NCBI RefSeq assembly: GCF_020745735.1
Contig: NC_083407.1
Location: 29,751,857-29,815,856 of the forward strand
Length of the DNA stretch: 64,000 nt
Reading direction: 5' to 3'
Source: Hemiscyllium ocellatum
Lineage: Eukaryota
Numbering within the stretch: position 1 is the first letter of the stretch; each line of letters begins with the position of its first letter. A program made the translations under genes and the position numbers. Shown piece after piece: positions 52,785 through 64,000 of this stretch. The notes under the pieces are model-generated. The model was not told where the DNA came from. It searched no databases and saw nothing but the letters and a program-made list of their open reading frames with translations.

Positions 52785-52998
52785 TGGAGAAAATAAGCGC
52801 TGCAGATACTGGAGATCAGAGTCAAAGAGTGTGATACTGGAAAGGCACAGCTGGTCAGGCTGCATCTGAGCAGAAGGAAAGTTGATGTTTCGGGCATTAG
52901 ACCTTCCTGATGAAGAGCTTATGCCTGAAATGTCGAATGTCCTGCTCCTCGGATGCTGCCTGACTGGCTGTGCTTTCCTAGCAGCACACCCTTTGCCT
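52785..52998. mobile_element. PLE (family C-related) hairpin insertion
   Basis: Inverted arms meeting at the ribozyme core (ccttc|ctgatgaagagcttatgcctgaaa); 13-bp TSD ataatctatagtt at 52772-52784 and 52999-53011. Confidence 0.85.
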
Positions 52999-53331
52999 AT
53001 AATCTATAGTTGTGCATGACTGCAGTGTTGCTGCCCACTTTGTCTCAGATTTTCAAGCATTGCTCAATTTTTTTCAATTCTGGATTCAATAGACTCAGCC
53101 TAGCTATCCCTTGCATGTTGCCTAAAACTTATACGCAACACAAGTTCAGATGAAACTAATATTCCACTTCACATATATTTTACAGGACGGATTCTGGAAG
53201 ATGTTGAGCACTTCCTTTACTTTGGTAGCCAAGGAGATTCAACATAGAACATAGAACATAGAACATAGAAGGATACAGCGCAGTACAGGCCCTTCGGCCC
53301 TCGATGTTGCGCCGACCGAGTCCTACCTAAC

Positions 53332-56235
53332 CTATACTAGCCCAATAACTTCCAAATGCCTATCCAATGCCCGCTTAAATGAACATAAAGAAGGAGAGTT
53401 CACCACTGATACGGGCAGGGCATTCCATGAACTCACAACCCGCTGTGTGAAGAATCTACCCCTAACATCTGTCCTATACCTACCACCCCTTAATTTAAAG
53501 CTATGTCCCCTAGTAACACCTGACTCCATTAGCGGTAAAAGGTTCTTAGTATCTACCCTATCTAAACCCCTAATCATCTTATACACTTCTATCAGATCTC
53601 CCCTAAACCTTCTCTTCTCCAATGAGAACAGCCCCAAGTGCCTCAGCCTTTCCTCATAAGATTTTCCTACCATTCCAGGCAACATCCTGGTAAACCTCCT
53701 CTGCACTCGTTCTAAAGCTTCCACATCCTTCCTATAGTATGGCGACCAAAACTGCACACAATACTCCAGATGAGGCCTCACCAGAGTCTTATACAACTGC
53801 AACATGACCTCAGGACTCCGGAACTCAATTCCTCTGCCAATAAAGCCCAGTACACCATATGCCTTCCTCACAGCACTATTTACCTGGGTGGCAACTTTCA
53901 GAGATCTGTGTACATAGACACCAAGATCCCTCTGCTCATCCACACTACCAAGTAGCCTACCATTAGCCCAGTAATCCATCATCTTGTTATTCCTACCAAA
54001 GTGAACGACTTCGCACTTAGCTACATTGAATTCCATTTGCCACATTTCCGCCCAGCTCTGCAACTTATCTATATCCCGCTGTAACCTACCACTTCCTTCC
54101 TCACTATCCACAACTCCACCGACTTTCGTGTCATCCGCAAACTTGCTTACCCAGCTTTCAAGTCCTTCCTCTAGATCATTTATAAAGATAACAAAAAGCA
54201 ATGGTCCCAAAACAGATCCTTGTGGTACACCGCTAGTAACTGCGCTCCAAGATGAACATAATCCATCAACTACTACCCTCTGTCTCCTTCCAGCCAGCCA
54301 ATTCCTAATCCAAACCTCTAATGTATCCTCAATGCCATACCTCCGAAGTTTTAGCATTAGCCTACCATGGGGGACCTTATCGAACGCCTTACTAAAATCC
54401 ATATACACAACATCTACTGCTTTACCCTCATCCACTTCCATAGTCACCTTCTCAAAGAACTCAATAAGGTTTGTGAGGCACGACCTGCCCTTCACAAAAC
54501 CATGCTGGCTATCCCTGATCACGTTATTCTTACCCAGATGTTCATAAATCTTATCCCTTACCATTCTCTCTAAGACTTTGCCCACCACTGAAGTCAGACT
54601 CACTGGCCTATAGTTACTAGGGCTATCCCTACTCCCTTTCTTGAACAATGGGACCACATTCGCTATCCTCCAGTCCTCTGGTACTATTCCCATTGACAAT
54701 GACGACATAAAAATCCAGGCCAATGGCTCTGCTATCTCCTCCCTAGCTTCCCATAGGATCCTGGGGTAAATGCCATCAGGCCCAGGAGACTTATCTATAT
54801 TCATCCTTTCCAATATTCCCAAAACCTCTTCCCTGCATATTTCCAGGCCATCCATTCTAATTAGTTGTGATTCCATATTCACATCAGCAACAGTGTCCTG
54901 TTCCTGAGTGAATACTGATGAAAAGTACTGATTTAATGTCTCTCCAATCTCCTCCGCCTCCACACACAACTTCCCACTACTATCCTTGACTGGACCGTTA
55001 CCTACCCTAGTCATCCTTTTATTCTTGACATACCTATAGAAAGCCTTTGGGTTTTCCCTAATCCTACCAGCTAAAGACTTTTCATGTCCCCTTCTCGCTT
55101 TTCTTAGCTCCCTCTTTAGCTCCTTCCTGGCTACCTTATAACTCTCAATCGCCCCTACTGAACCTTCACGCCTCATCTTTACATATGCCGCCTTCTTCCC
55201 TTTCACAAGGGACTCCAATTCCTTACTAAACCACGGCTGCCTCACAAGGCCCTTTACACCATGCCTGACTGGTACATACCTATCGAGGACACGCAGTAGC
55301 TGCTCCTTGAACAATCCCCACATCTCATTAGTGTTCTTCTCTTGAAGCCTATTTTTCCAATCCACACAACCTAAGTCATGCCTCACTGCATCATAATTTT
55401 CCTGCCCCCAGCTATAGCTCTTGCCCTGCGGCGCACGATTATCCCTCTCCATCACTAAAGTAAAAGTCACCGAGTTGTGGTCACTGTCCCCGAAGTGCTC
55501 ACCTACCTCCAAGTCTAACACCTGGCCTGGTTCATTACCTAGAACCAAATCCAATATAGCCTCCCCTCTTGTTGGCCTGTCGACATATTGTGTCAGGAAA
55601 CCCTCCTGCACACATTGTACAAACACCGACCCATCTAATGAACTCGAGCTATAGCTCTCCCAGTCAATATCTGGGAAGTTAAAGTCCCCCATAACAACCA
55701 CCCTGCTACCTTCACTCTTTTCCTGAATCATCCTCGCAATATTATCCTCTACTTCTCTAGGACTATTAGGAGGCCTGTAGAAAACACCTAACAGGGTGAC
55801 CTCACCTTTCCTATTTCTAACCTCAGCCCAAACTACCTCAGATGGCAAGTCCTCTTCCATCGTCCATTCCACTGCTGTGATACTGTCTTTGACAAGTAAT
55901 GCCACGCCTCCCCCTTTTTTACCCCCATGTCTGATCCTACTAAAACATTTGAACCCTGGAACGTGCAACAGCCATTCTTGTCCCTGTTCTACCCACGTCT
56001 CTGTAATGGCCACAACATCGAAGACCCAGGTACCAACCCACGCTGCAAGTTCACCTACCTTATTCCTTATACTTCTGGCATTGACGTATACACACTTCAA
56101 TCCACCTTTCTGGTTACAGGCACCCTCCTTAGAGATCGCTGCATTATTCCTAACCTCCCTACACTCAAGGTCCTGTACCCTAAAGCTACAGTCCTGGTTC
56201 CCATGCCCCCGCGGAGTTAGTTTAAACCCTCCCAA
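53332..56235 (-). CDS. CR1 ORF2: AP endonuclease plus reverse transcriptase (true start unresolved)
   Basis: APE motifs YVNARS, ITETW, MGDFN, LDLV, SDHN; RT motifs YRPVSLTS, DFSKAFD, GVPQGSVLGPLLF, FADD, DLGV; uninterrupted 967 codons. Confidence 0.96.
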   Translation of the reverse strand: MGGFKLTPRGHGNQDCSFRVQDLECREVRNNAAISKEGACNQKGGLKCVYVNARSIRNKVGELAAWVGTWVFDVVAITETWVEQGQEWLLHVPGFKCFSRIRHGGKKGGGVALLVKDSITAVEWTMEEDLPSEVVWAEVRNRKGEVTLLGVFYRPPNSPREVEDNIARMIQEKSEGSRVVVMGDFNFPDIDWESYSSSSLDGSVFVQCVQEGFLTQYVDRPTRGEAILDLVLGNEPGQVLDLEVGEHFGDSDHNSVTFTLVMERDNRAPQGKSYSWGQENYDAVRHDLGCVDWKNRLQEKNTNEMWGLFKEQLLRVLDRYVPVRHGVKGLVRQPWFSKELESLVKGKKAAYVKMRREGSVGAIESYKVARKELKRELRKARRGHEKSLAGRIRENPKAFYRYVKNKRMTRVGNGPVKDSSGKLCVEAEEIGETLNQYFSSVFTQEQDTVADVNMESQLIRMDGLEICREEVLGILERMNIDKSPGPDGIYPRILWEAREEIAEPLAWIFMSSLSMGIVPEDWRIANVVPLFKKGSRDSPSNYRPVSLTSVVGKVLERMVRDKIYEHLGKNNVIRDSQHGFVKGRSCLTNLIEFFEKVTMEVDEGKAVDVVYMDFSKAFDKVPHGRLMLKLRRYGIEDTLEVWIRNWLAGRRQRVVVDGLCSSWSAVTSGVPQGSVLGPLLFVIFINDLEEGLESWVSKFADDTKVGGVVDSEEGSGRLQRDIDKLQSWAEMWQMEFNVAKCEVVHFGRNNKMMDYWANGRLLGSVDEQRDLGVYVHRSLKVATQVNSAVRKAYGVLGFIGRGIEFRSPEVMLQLYKTLVRPHLEYCVQFWSPYYRKDVEALERVQRRFTRMLPGMVGKSYEERLRHLGLFSLEKRRFRGDLIEVYKMIRGLDRVDTKNLLPLMESGVTRGHSFKLRGGRYRTDVRGRFFTQRVVSSWNALPVSVVNSPSLCSFKRALDRHLEVIGLV

Positions 56236-57143
56236 AGAGCACTAGCAAACCTCCCTCCAAGGACACTGGTGCCCCTCAGGTTCAGGTGTAGCCCATCCTT
56301 TTTATAGAAGTCCCACCTTCCCCAGAAAGGACCCCAGTTGTCCAGAAACCGGAATCCCTCCCTCCTGCACCATCCCTGTAGCCACGCATTCAACTGCTCT
56401 CTCTCCCTATTCCTCGACTCTCTATCACGTGGCACGGGTAACAAACCAGAGACTACAACTCTGTTTGTTCTAACTCTGAGCTTCCAACCTAGCTCCCTGA
56501 AAGCCTGTCTGACATCCTCACCCTTCTTCCTACCTATATCGTTGGTGCCAACGTGGACCACGATCTGGGGCTGCTCCCCCTCCCCCTTAAGGACCCGGAA
56601 AACACGATCAGCGACATCACGTACCCTTGCACCTGGGAGGCAACATACCAAACGTGAGTCCCTGTCGCCCCCACAAAACCGTCTGTCTGTACCCCTCACT
56701 ATCGAGTCCCCAAGAACTATTGCTCTACCTTTCTCCACCCTACCCTTCTGTGCAACGGGGCCAGGCTCCGTGCCAGAGGCCTGAACCTCATTGCTTGCCC
56801 CTGGTAAGTCATCCCCCCCACAAGTATCCAAAACGGTATACTTGTTCTTGAGGGGAATGACCGCAGGGGGTCCCTGCACTGGCTTCCTCCTCCCACTCCC
56901 CCTCACTGTCACCCATCTATCTTGAACTTTCGGAGTAACTACTTGCCTAAAGCTCCGATCTATGACCTCCTCTGCCTCCCGAATGATCCGCAGTTCATCC
57001 AACTCCAGCTCCAGTTCCCTAACACGGGTTTGGAGGAGCTGGAGATGGGTGCACTTCTTGCAAGTGTACTCAGCAGGGACGCTAATGGCTTCCCTCACCT
57101 CATACATGTTGCAAGAGGAACATTGCCCTCTCTGCACTGCCAT
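56217..57143 (-). CDS. CR1 ORF1: zinc finger/leucine zipper plus SGNH esterase domain
   Basis: CSSC...CKKC, LLQTRVRELELELDEL, GDSIVRG, HVGTND, DGLHLN. Confidence 0.94.
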   Translation of the reverse strand: MAVQRGQCSSCNMYEVREAISVPAEYTCKKCTHLQLLQTRVRELELELDELRIIREAEEVIDRSFRQVVTPKVQDRWVTVRGSGRRKPVQGPPAVIPLKNKYTVLDTCGGDDLPGASNEVQASGTEPGPVAQKGRVEKGRAIVLGDSIVRGTDRRFCGGDRDSRLVCCLPGARVRDVADRVFRVLKGEGEQPQIVVHVGTNDIGRKKGEDVRQAFRELGWKLRVRTNRVVVSGLLPVPRDRESRNREREQLNAWLQGWCRREGFRFLDNWGPFWGRWDFYKKDGLHLNLRGTSVLGGRFASALWEGLN

Positions 57144-57584
57144 CCCTCTAAAAGTAAGCTTTCCTTAAAAAAAAAACTGATCATCTGGATCAGTTGCACA
57201 AGGTCTACCATCCATAAATTGTCACAGTGAATCTTTGACAATAAAGGCCCCCATAAATCTCCAAAAGTGCAAGTGTTCAAAGCATCTGTCATTACCACGC
57301 TGCTATACTGCAATAAGACATGGACTATATATCAACAACACATGAGGATGTTAGAGAAAGTCCCCCACAATGCCTCTACTGCATCCTCTGGATTCAATGG
57401 GAGAACTATCAAACAAAAATATACGTTTCCTTCTTGAAACCAGCTCCACAAGTCTTCAAGTAAATCTCTAGCAAAGTAAACTGTAATGGACTGAATACTG
57501 TCTGGAAAACTGAAAACTATGACACACAGTAGGTGCTAGTTTCCCAACTTTTCAGTGAAGGACAAAGTAAATGCTGCAGAACAG

Positions 57585-58172
57585 TTTAGGTCCCTTATCT
57601 AAGGAAAGATTTACAGGCATCAGACAGTCCAGAGAAGGTTCATTAGAGTGATGACTGGTATGGAGGGAGTGTCTTATGAAGACAGATGGGGTGGATTGGG
57701 CTGGCATTCACTAAGGTTTAGAAGAATGAGTGGTGACCCAATTAACATAAGAAATAGAAGCAGAAGCAGGCCATTTGGCCCGTCAAGCCTGCACCGCCAT
57801 TCAATAAGATCATAGATGAAACACATAAAATTCTTAAGGAACATGACAGGGTAAATGCTGAAAGGTTTCTCCTTGTGGGAGAGTCTAGGACCAGATGGCA
57901 TAATCTCAGATTAGGGGTTGCATATTTAAAACAGAGGTAAGGAGAAATTTCTTTTCTCACAGGAAAGTGAATCTGTGGAATTCTAAACCACAGAGGACTG
58001 TTGAGAATGGGTCATTAACTATATTCAAAGCTAGAATAGACAGATTTTTCATTGGTAAGGGAATAAAAGGTTTTGGATAAAAGCAGGAAAGTGGAATTGA
58101 AGATTTATTGGATCAGCCATGATCTCATTGAATGGTAGAACAGACTCGATGGGCTGAATGTCCTACTTCTTC
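57585..58172 (+). mobile_element. CR1 3' fragment with an opposite-strand CR1 tail nested at ~57743-57813
   Basis: Typical CR1 3' sequence; nested aacataagaaatagaagcagaagcaggccatt. Confidence 0.8.
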
Positions 58173-58751
58173 CCCTGTAATATAAGAAACACAGCAAAAA
58201 ATGAAGCAGATCTCATGTTTTGGAAACCACTACACACAAGATGCCATGTCCCTTGTACCCAAACAACTACAAGTTTGTGTAGATCCATGGTAGGAACATG
58301 TGACCCTGAATAGACATCATCAATGAATTGAGGGATAGTGAACAAATGATTAATTAATATTTAATAATATTAATATCATTAATATCTAAAGAAGTGTAAA
58401 GGTGTGAAGAATAGCTGCCAAAATAAGAACCCAAACAGTTATGTTTTGCTTAATGATCCAGTTCAACTTTTTCCTATTCAAACAAAGAGCAACTGAACGG
58501 TCGTTTGGCAAGGACTGAACATGGGACTGGAGAAGAGGAATGGAGAGAATAGACACAGAATAGGTTTTGAAGAAGTTACTAATTTCAGTTTTATGAGAAA
58601 TATTCCTGCAGATTCAAGTTAAGAAAGATTTATTTTAAAAAGTTTTTTTTACTGCATTCAACCAAGGGAAAGTAATTAATGGGAAAGTTAGCATTATTGA
58701 TTGCTGCTGGATCCTGACTTATAAGTTTCTCTCGGCAAATAATGCCCAACA

Positions 58752-59044
58752 TAGATTACTTACAGTGTGGAAACAGGCCCTTCGGCCCAACAAGTCCACA
58801 CCAACCCGCAACCCACCCATACATTTACCCCCTACCTAACGATACGGACAATTTTAGCATGGCCAATTCACCTGGCCCACACATCTTTGGAATGTGGGAG
58901 GAAACCAGAGCACCCGGATGAAACCCACACAGACACGGGGAGAACGTGCAAACTCCACACAGTCAGTCGCCTGAGGCAGGAATTGAACCCGGGTCTCTGG
59001 CAGTGTGAGGCAGCAGTGCTAACCACTGTGCCACCGTGCCGCCC
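58752..59044 (-). mobile_element. HE1-type (V-SINE) shark SINE, well preserved
   Basis: A box TGGCACAGTGG, B box GGTTCAATTCC, V domain, 3' GGGCCGAAGGGCCTGTTTCCACACTGTAAGTAATCTA. Confidence 0.92.
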
Positions 59045-60339
59045 ACTGTAAAGATTGCATTAATTAAATGATGAAGCATAAATAATTGATGAAGTATAGA
59101 AACAGGATGGATAAATATAAATATAAACATTTGCTTGTTCAATATATAGACATCAAATTGAACCAAACAGTCTATCTTCAGGTTGTAGCTACATGAATTT
59201 CTTACTCGAGGAAAAAGGGCATTTGACAAAAATGTCATTAACATTACTTTAAAAAAATAGAAATACAAACTCAGTTTAGTACAGTATGTAAGAGAACGCA
59301 GTCAGTAGAATGACTTTGAATGCTGCAGACTGTCATTGTGATTTAAAATAGAGTTATGCTCATATGAATTGCCACATAATCCTGTTATGATAAAATGGGA
59401 GATAGCTGTATTCTAACTGGTTTGTATTACTTTTTGTTGCTGCACTGTGTCCTGTGGTACTGCAGGACAGACACAATCTTAAAAAAAAGCAATTATGTAG
59501 GATTTTCCCTGCAGTGACATCATGAAATCCTAGCCTTGTGAGATTATGAATAGGGAGCCTACTGTCTCTTAAATGAATTCCACACTCCTTCCACAGAACA
59601 ATGTATTTCTTGTTTAGAGATTTAATTATAGCTATAAACAAGATGGTATCACATGACCCAAGCCAACATGATATTGTAGTCCATGGCTCAACCTTGTGGT
59701 ATGAAAATGTAATTAACTCTTTAATACCTGGAAAATGTCATTTGGCATATTAAGAGCAATACATGGAGTTGAAGGTGTTAAAAACCTGAATACCTGAATT
59801 TATGCTAAAAATACAAATCAGAATGATTTTACCATCTGACAGACTGACCAACAATAATATCATTGCTCATGCGTATGGAGAGCAGAGATTCTACACCGAT
59901 CCTGCAGATCTAGTGATTTGTTGCAATGCTCTTGTATGGATTTTGAATGAGGAGGAAATCAGCTTTCCTGGGCAAAATCTGATGACAATCTTTGTCTCAG
60001 AGCAGTAGCAAAGAGAGATCACTTGGACATAATACGAAAGGATAATATCCTAACATTCTGTATGCTAGGCAGGAATCAATGCCTTTAAAAAATATGGAAG
60101 AGGGAAAAGTGAATTGGTCAAAAGAGAGTGTTTTTTTTCTAATGAAATTACTTTTAAACCTTCTCTAGACCTTTTGAATTTGGAGCAACTACTTACCATC
60201 TGTACCACAGTCTTACCAGATAAGGTTGTAGCCAGCAACAGATACAACATTGTTTGCCACTTGCTCCACTAAGGTAATTCACAGCAGCTAGTATGTTTGG
60301 AATATCGGATGCAACAACGGCGATTAGAAATTAAATATG

Positions 60340-60498
60340 AAACCAAAAGAGAAAATGCTGGAAAATCTCAGCAGGTCTGGCAGCATCTGTAAGGACAAGG
60401 GTCAAAGGGTCAGTTAGACTCGAAACGTCAGCTCTTTTTTACGTTTTCTCTTTTGGTTTCAGATTTCAGCATCCGCAGTAATTTGCTTTTATCTAAAG
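60340..60498. mobile_element. PLE family D short inverted insertion with truncated hammerhead
   Basis: caaagggtcagttagactcgaaacgtcagctc is identical to the 16281 element; direct repeat attaaatatg at 60330-60339 and 60499-60508. Confidence 0.85.
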
Positions 60499-61311
60499 AT
60501 TAAATATGTCTGGAAATAAACCTTTGAATGGATAGTGGTCTGTTTCATGCTTTTTCCCTATTTTGCAATGACATATCCAATTCAAGCTTTACTGAATGTT
60601 TCCAGCAATAATAGGTATTTTAATGCTTTATACTTCAGTCAGTTTTAAACTAGAGATGAGATGAATGTAACTTTGCATTATGGTGTCCTGTTAGTGGAAA
60701 TTGGGAGGAAGAATTGCTTTTGTTGCTCTGTGTATGTTCAAGTTAAAACCATAGTATGCTAATGGGGACCAGATGAATTTTCATCCTATCATTTTTATTT
60801 CCTTAGCTATTTAACCATGACTTTTATAAACAAAGCAAGGTAGATTTACATCTTTATTACCCAATCTTTGGTCACAATGCAACAAGAAAAACCTGGAAGA
60901 GAGCATGGTGCACTCACTACAGAATTTAGTTTTATTACTTTTCACTCACATTTTTGGAAGAACAATCAACCAGTCTCTGACACATGATTCCTCTATCCAT
61001 ATTGCTTTGGCAATACTGCACTCAGGTTCTGTGTGAAGCACCAGTGCTTAAAAACAAAACTTTACTCCATCAGATGTAAAGTGTTATGTAAACTGATTTT
61101 TTTCAGTGGCTCAGTAAGGAAACATACCAAACTAGATTTTCTGACTCATTGAGATCTCTGGGGGAAATACATCAATTCAGGATTAATGTTATTGGCATCT
61201 GTATCTGAAAATTGCTGAATTTTGTGAGGGCGCATTTCACAGACTAATTATAATACATTCATCCAAATGCAGGCCAACACTTCCTCCCCCACTGTTCCTT
61301 CCTGTAGAAAG

Positions 61312-61705
61312 TGGGTGATGGTGGTATAATGGTAATGTCATTGGACTAATCTAGATGCTCGGCTAATACTTTGGGGGAGAGGGATTAAAATCCACAATAG
61401 CATTTGATGAAATGTTAACTCAATAAATACTCTGAAATTGAAAACTAGTCCCTGTAAGGGTAAGCTTGACCATCATTTATTGGCGTTAAAAACCCATCTG
61501 GTGCAGAATCCATTTGGTCCTTTTGCGAAGAAGGTGTGCCATCCTTGTCTAGTCTGGCCCACATGTAACTCCTGACCAATCCAATGTAGTCCACTCTTAA
61601 CTACCCTTTGAAAAGACCCAGCAAGCCATTGATGCAAGGGTAGCATGGATGAACAACAAACATTGACCTTGCCAGTAACATTTACATGCTGTGGAAGAAT
61701 AAAGA
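61312..61705 (+). mobile_element. tRNA-derived SINE family 2, older copy
   Basis: Collinear with 44671-44996. Confidence 0.7.
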
Positions 61706-61742
61706 ATCTCCAATGTTATTCTGAAAGATAGGCATCATCCAC

Positions 61743-62780
61743 TAGAATCCTAGAGTCATCGAGGTCAGCAGCAGAGGAAAAGGTCTTTTCATGTATAGAG
61801 TCTGCACTGGTCAAAACAGCCACCAACATTTTCCAGCACTTGGTCCATAGCCTTGTATACATGGCATCACAAATGAGTTTTTTTGCCTTTACCACCTTAT
61901 AGGCAGAGTCTCATTGGCTCCTCCAATCCTCTGGTATCTCTCCTGTGGCCAGCTATTACCAACACTCTTGTTATTTCATCCCTTACCTCACTCAATTGCT
62001 TGGGGGATATTTTACCCAGCACTGGAGATTTAGCTGCTTTTAACTCTACCAGACCACTCAGAACCTCCTCTCTGTCAATGCTAATTTTTTTAAGTATATC
62101 ACAGTTTTTCTTTATGATTTGTGTTCCTACATTGTCCCTCTCAGTGGTGAACATCAACACAAAGTATTCGTTTAGAACTTCTGGCTCCAAGCATAAATTG
62201 TCACAGTTTCCTTAATGAGCCTCACACTTTTTCCCTAGTTGTCACTTTTTCCTTAATGCGCTTGTAAAATAACTTAGAATTTCCCTTTATTTTACCTGAC
62301 ATTATTCTTTCATGCTGTGTTTTGCTCTCCTAATTTCCATTTTAAGGTTCTAATTACACATTCTGTACTCCCCTTGGATTTCTGCCATTTTGAGTCATCG
62401 GGATCAGCTATCAGCTTCTTTAACCAATCCTGTATATTTCTTGATATCCGGTGTTTAGAGGATTTGTTGGCTCTACCTTTTGTCTTTACTGGAACATGTT
62501 GACCCTGTACTTCCCTTGTTTCCTTCTTGAATGCATCCCACTGCTCTGACACTGATTTACATAACATCATCTATTCCCAGTCCATCTGGCCAAATCATAC
62601 CTGATCTGATTAAAATTAGCCTACCCCTCATTTAGGACCTTGTTCCCAGATTCATCCCTGTCCTTTTCCAGAACAGTCTTGATCTAATTAGGATTGTTGC
62701 CTGCAAAATGCTCCCCGACTAATACTTCAACCACTTGCGTGCTACATTACCTGAACTTAAGTCCAGGATCACCCTTAGTT
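61743..62780 (-). mobile_element. Decayed CR1 fragments
   Basis: EVLNEYFVLMFT...LKAAKSP; EQWDAFK; CR1 tail at ~61743. Confidence 0.75.
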
Positions 62781-63774
62781 TGTTTAGGGATCTTCTACAT
62801 CCTGGCCATTTTAGTGCTTTGTTCTGAGTTTAGTGTGTGCCTGAGCCCATTCTCATTGAGCACAAAAGTATAAGAGGATCCAACCCACTGGCTCAGACAA
62901 ACCAAGACCATTCAAGATACAACCTTTGGTTGATGTTCAGTTATATAATAGATATCTGAGATACATCTGAATTATTTTTTCCAGTTTTTGAGGGACGGTT
63001 CAATCATTGGGTTGGAGGTCCTGCCAAAATCTCATTTCATGCTCAATCCTTGGCCTATAATAAGTTAGCCAAACGCAGTTCGAAAATATTTTAGTTGCTA
63101 TAATTCACTTTCTTTAGGAAGGCACGTAATGGATGGGATTCCCATTCTTTTGCTATCCAGTGGCTTTTCTCATTAAAAGATATGATAGTGATTCAAACCA
63201 AGAGAGAACGTCTCTGTTTTGGGTTTCTGTGTAGATTAGTTGCCCAAATTTTCTGGTCAAATTCATCTGTGATAGTTTAATTTGATTCCAAAGAGCTGCT
63301 GGAACCTACAAGGTCCCACACAGTTTAAGACATTTAGATTAGAAATTATAATGGAAGAAAAAAAGAGAGATGAAGACATTTTTCTTTAATAATTAGAGAA
63401 TTTTGAAAACGCAAAGGATGTCTCATCTGACATTTTTGCTGTTTTTTTTTAATTGGATGGCATAAGAACATGACATTTATAAGGGAGACAGATGCTTCGG
63501 AGGCTGACACTGATGGTTGCTGAGCTGAACTGCCGAAATACTTGGAGACATTGTTGTAAGATATAACAGAAAAGTCACAGATTTTTTGTATCTAATTGCA
63601 TGCTTTAACAATGCTAGTCGATTATTTAAAGGAATACCACATGCAATCATCCAGAGTCTATCATGTGATAACCTGCCGAGACACTTCACATTTTTGGAAT
63701 AGAATTTCTACTGGAGTTACCAGGCCCCATAACACATATTCAGAGATCATAAATCAGTCTTGGATCGAGTTTAT

Positions 63775-63866
63775 TGAAGAAGGGCTCATGCCCGAAACGT
63801 TGATTCTCCTGCTCCTTGGATGCTGCCTGACCTGCTGCGCTTTTCCAGCAACACATTTTCAGCTCC
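63775..63866 (+). mobile_element. PLE family C terminal fragment beginning at the hammerhead core
   Basis: TGAAGA-AGGGCTCATGCCC-GAAACGTT; short direct repeat agtttat at 63768-63774 and 63867-63873. Confidence 0.8.
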
Positions 63867-64000
63867 AGTTTATGTTTCCCCATCTTTGTATGACTTTCCC
63901 TTGGCCACATCCAACCATGAGGCAAATGATGAAATACATCAGACAGTGTATGTCTCTTCGTTTACACCTGAGTAACATTGATTCTTGGATATTGATGTTC

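Larger units (their letters stand above)
53241..57181 (-). mobile_element. Coding-intact CR1-clade (HER1-like) LINE, 5' UTR apparently truncated
   Basis: Two open ORFs, 3' GGGCCGAAGGGCC motif, (TTCTATG)4 tail at 53241-53270. Confidence 0.96.
52705..57560 (+). pseudogene. Decayed RTE-clade LINE RT remnant, host of a PLE hairpin and of the intact CR1
   Basis: LFNLSHLHTKT, HDCSVAAH and LEDVEHFLYFGS left of the CR1; KVQVFKASVITTLLYCNKTWTIYQQH and CLYCILWIQW right of it. Confidence 0.75.

Noticed and set aside
54026-57230. Plus-strand ORFs of 100-170 aa
   Set aside because: Antisense shadows of the CR1 ORFs.
58960-59044. tRNA gene
   Set aside because: The A/B boxes belong to a SINE head followed by SINE body and LINE-like tail.

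Overview
Eukaryotic DNA, most likely a cartilaginous fish (shark), judged from HE1/V-SINE-type SINEs and HER1/CR1-type LINEs. I found no supportable host exon, so this looks like intron or intergenic sequence made largely of nested transposable elements. It holds one coding-intact CR1 LINE (minus strand, ~53241-57181), many CR1 fragments, decayed Harbinger and RTE elements, two tRNA-derived SINE families, and about 18 insertions from several Penelope-like element (PLE) families. The main unexplained signal is that the PLE insertions carry minimal hammerhead ribozyme motifs (CUGANGA-stem II-GAAA, palindromic loopless helix III). They occur as hairpins with one ~35-nt overhanging tail and 10-15 bp target-site duplications (TSDs). 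One insertion (16281-16680) is a retrozyme-like tandem of two U3-A8 variant hammerheads 302 nt apart. The intact CR1 has a U_UUA_AAC -1 slippery site at its ORF1/ORF2 junction and no usable ORF2 AUG. All calls are by eye, and boundaries of decayed repeats are approximate.
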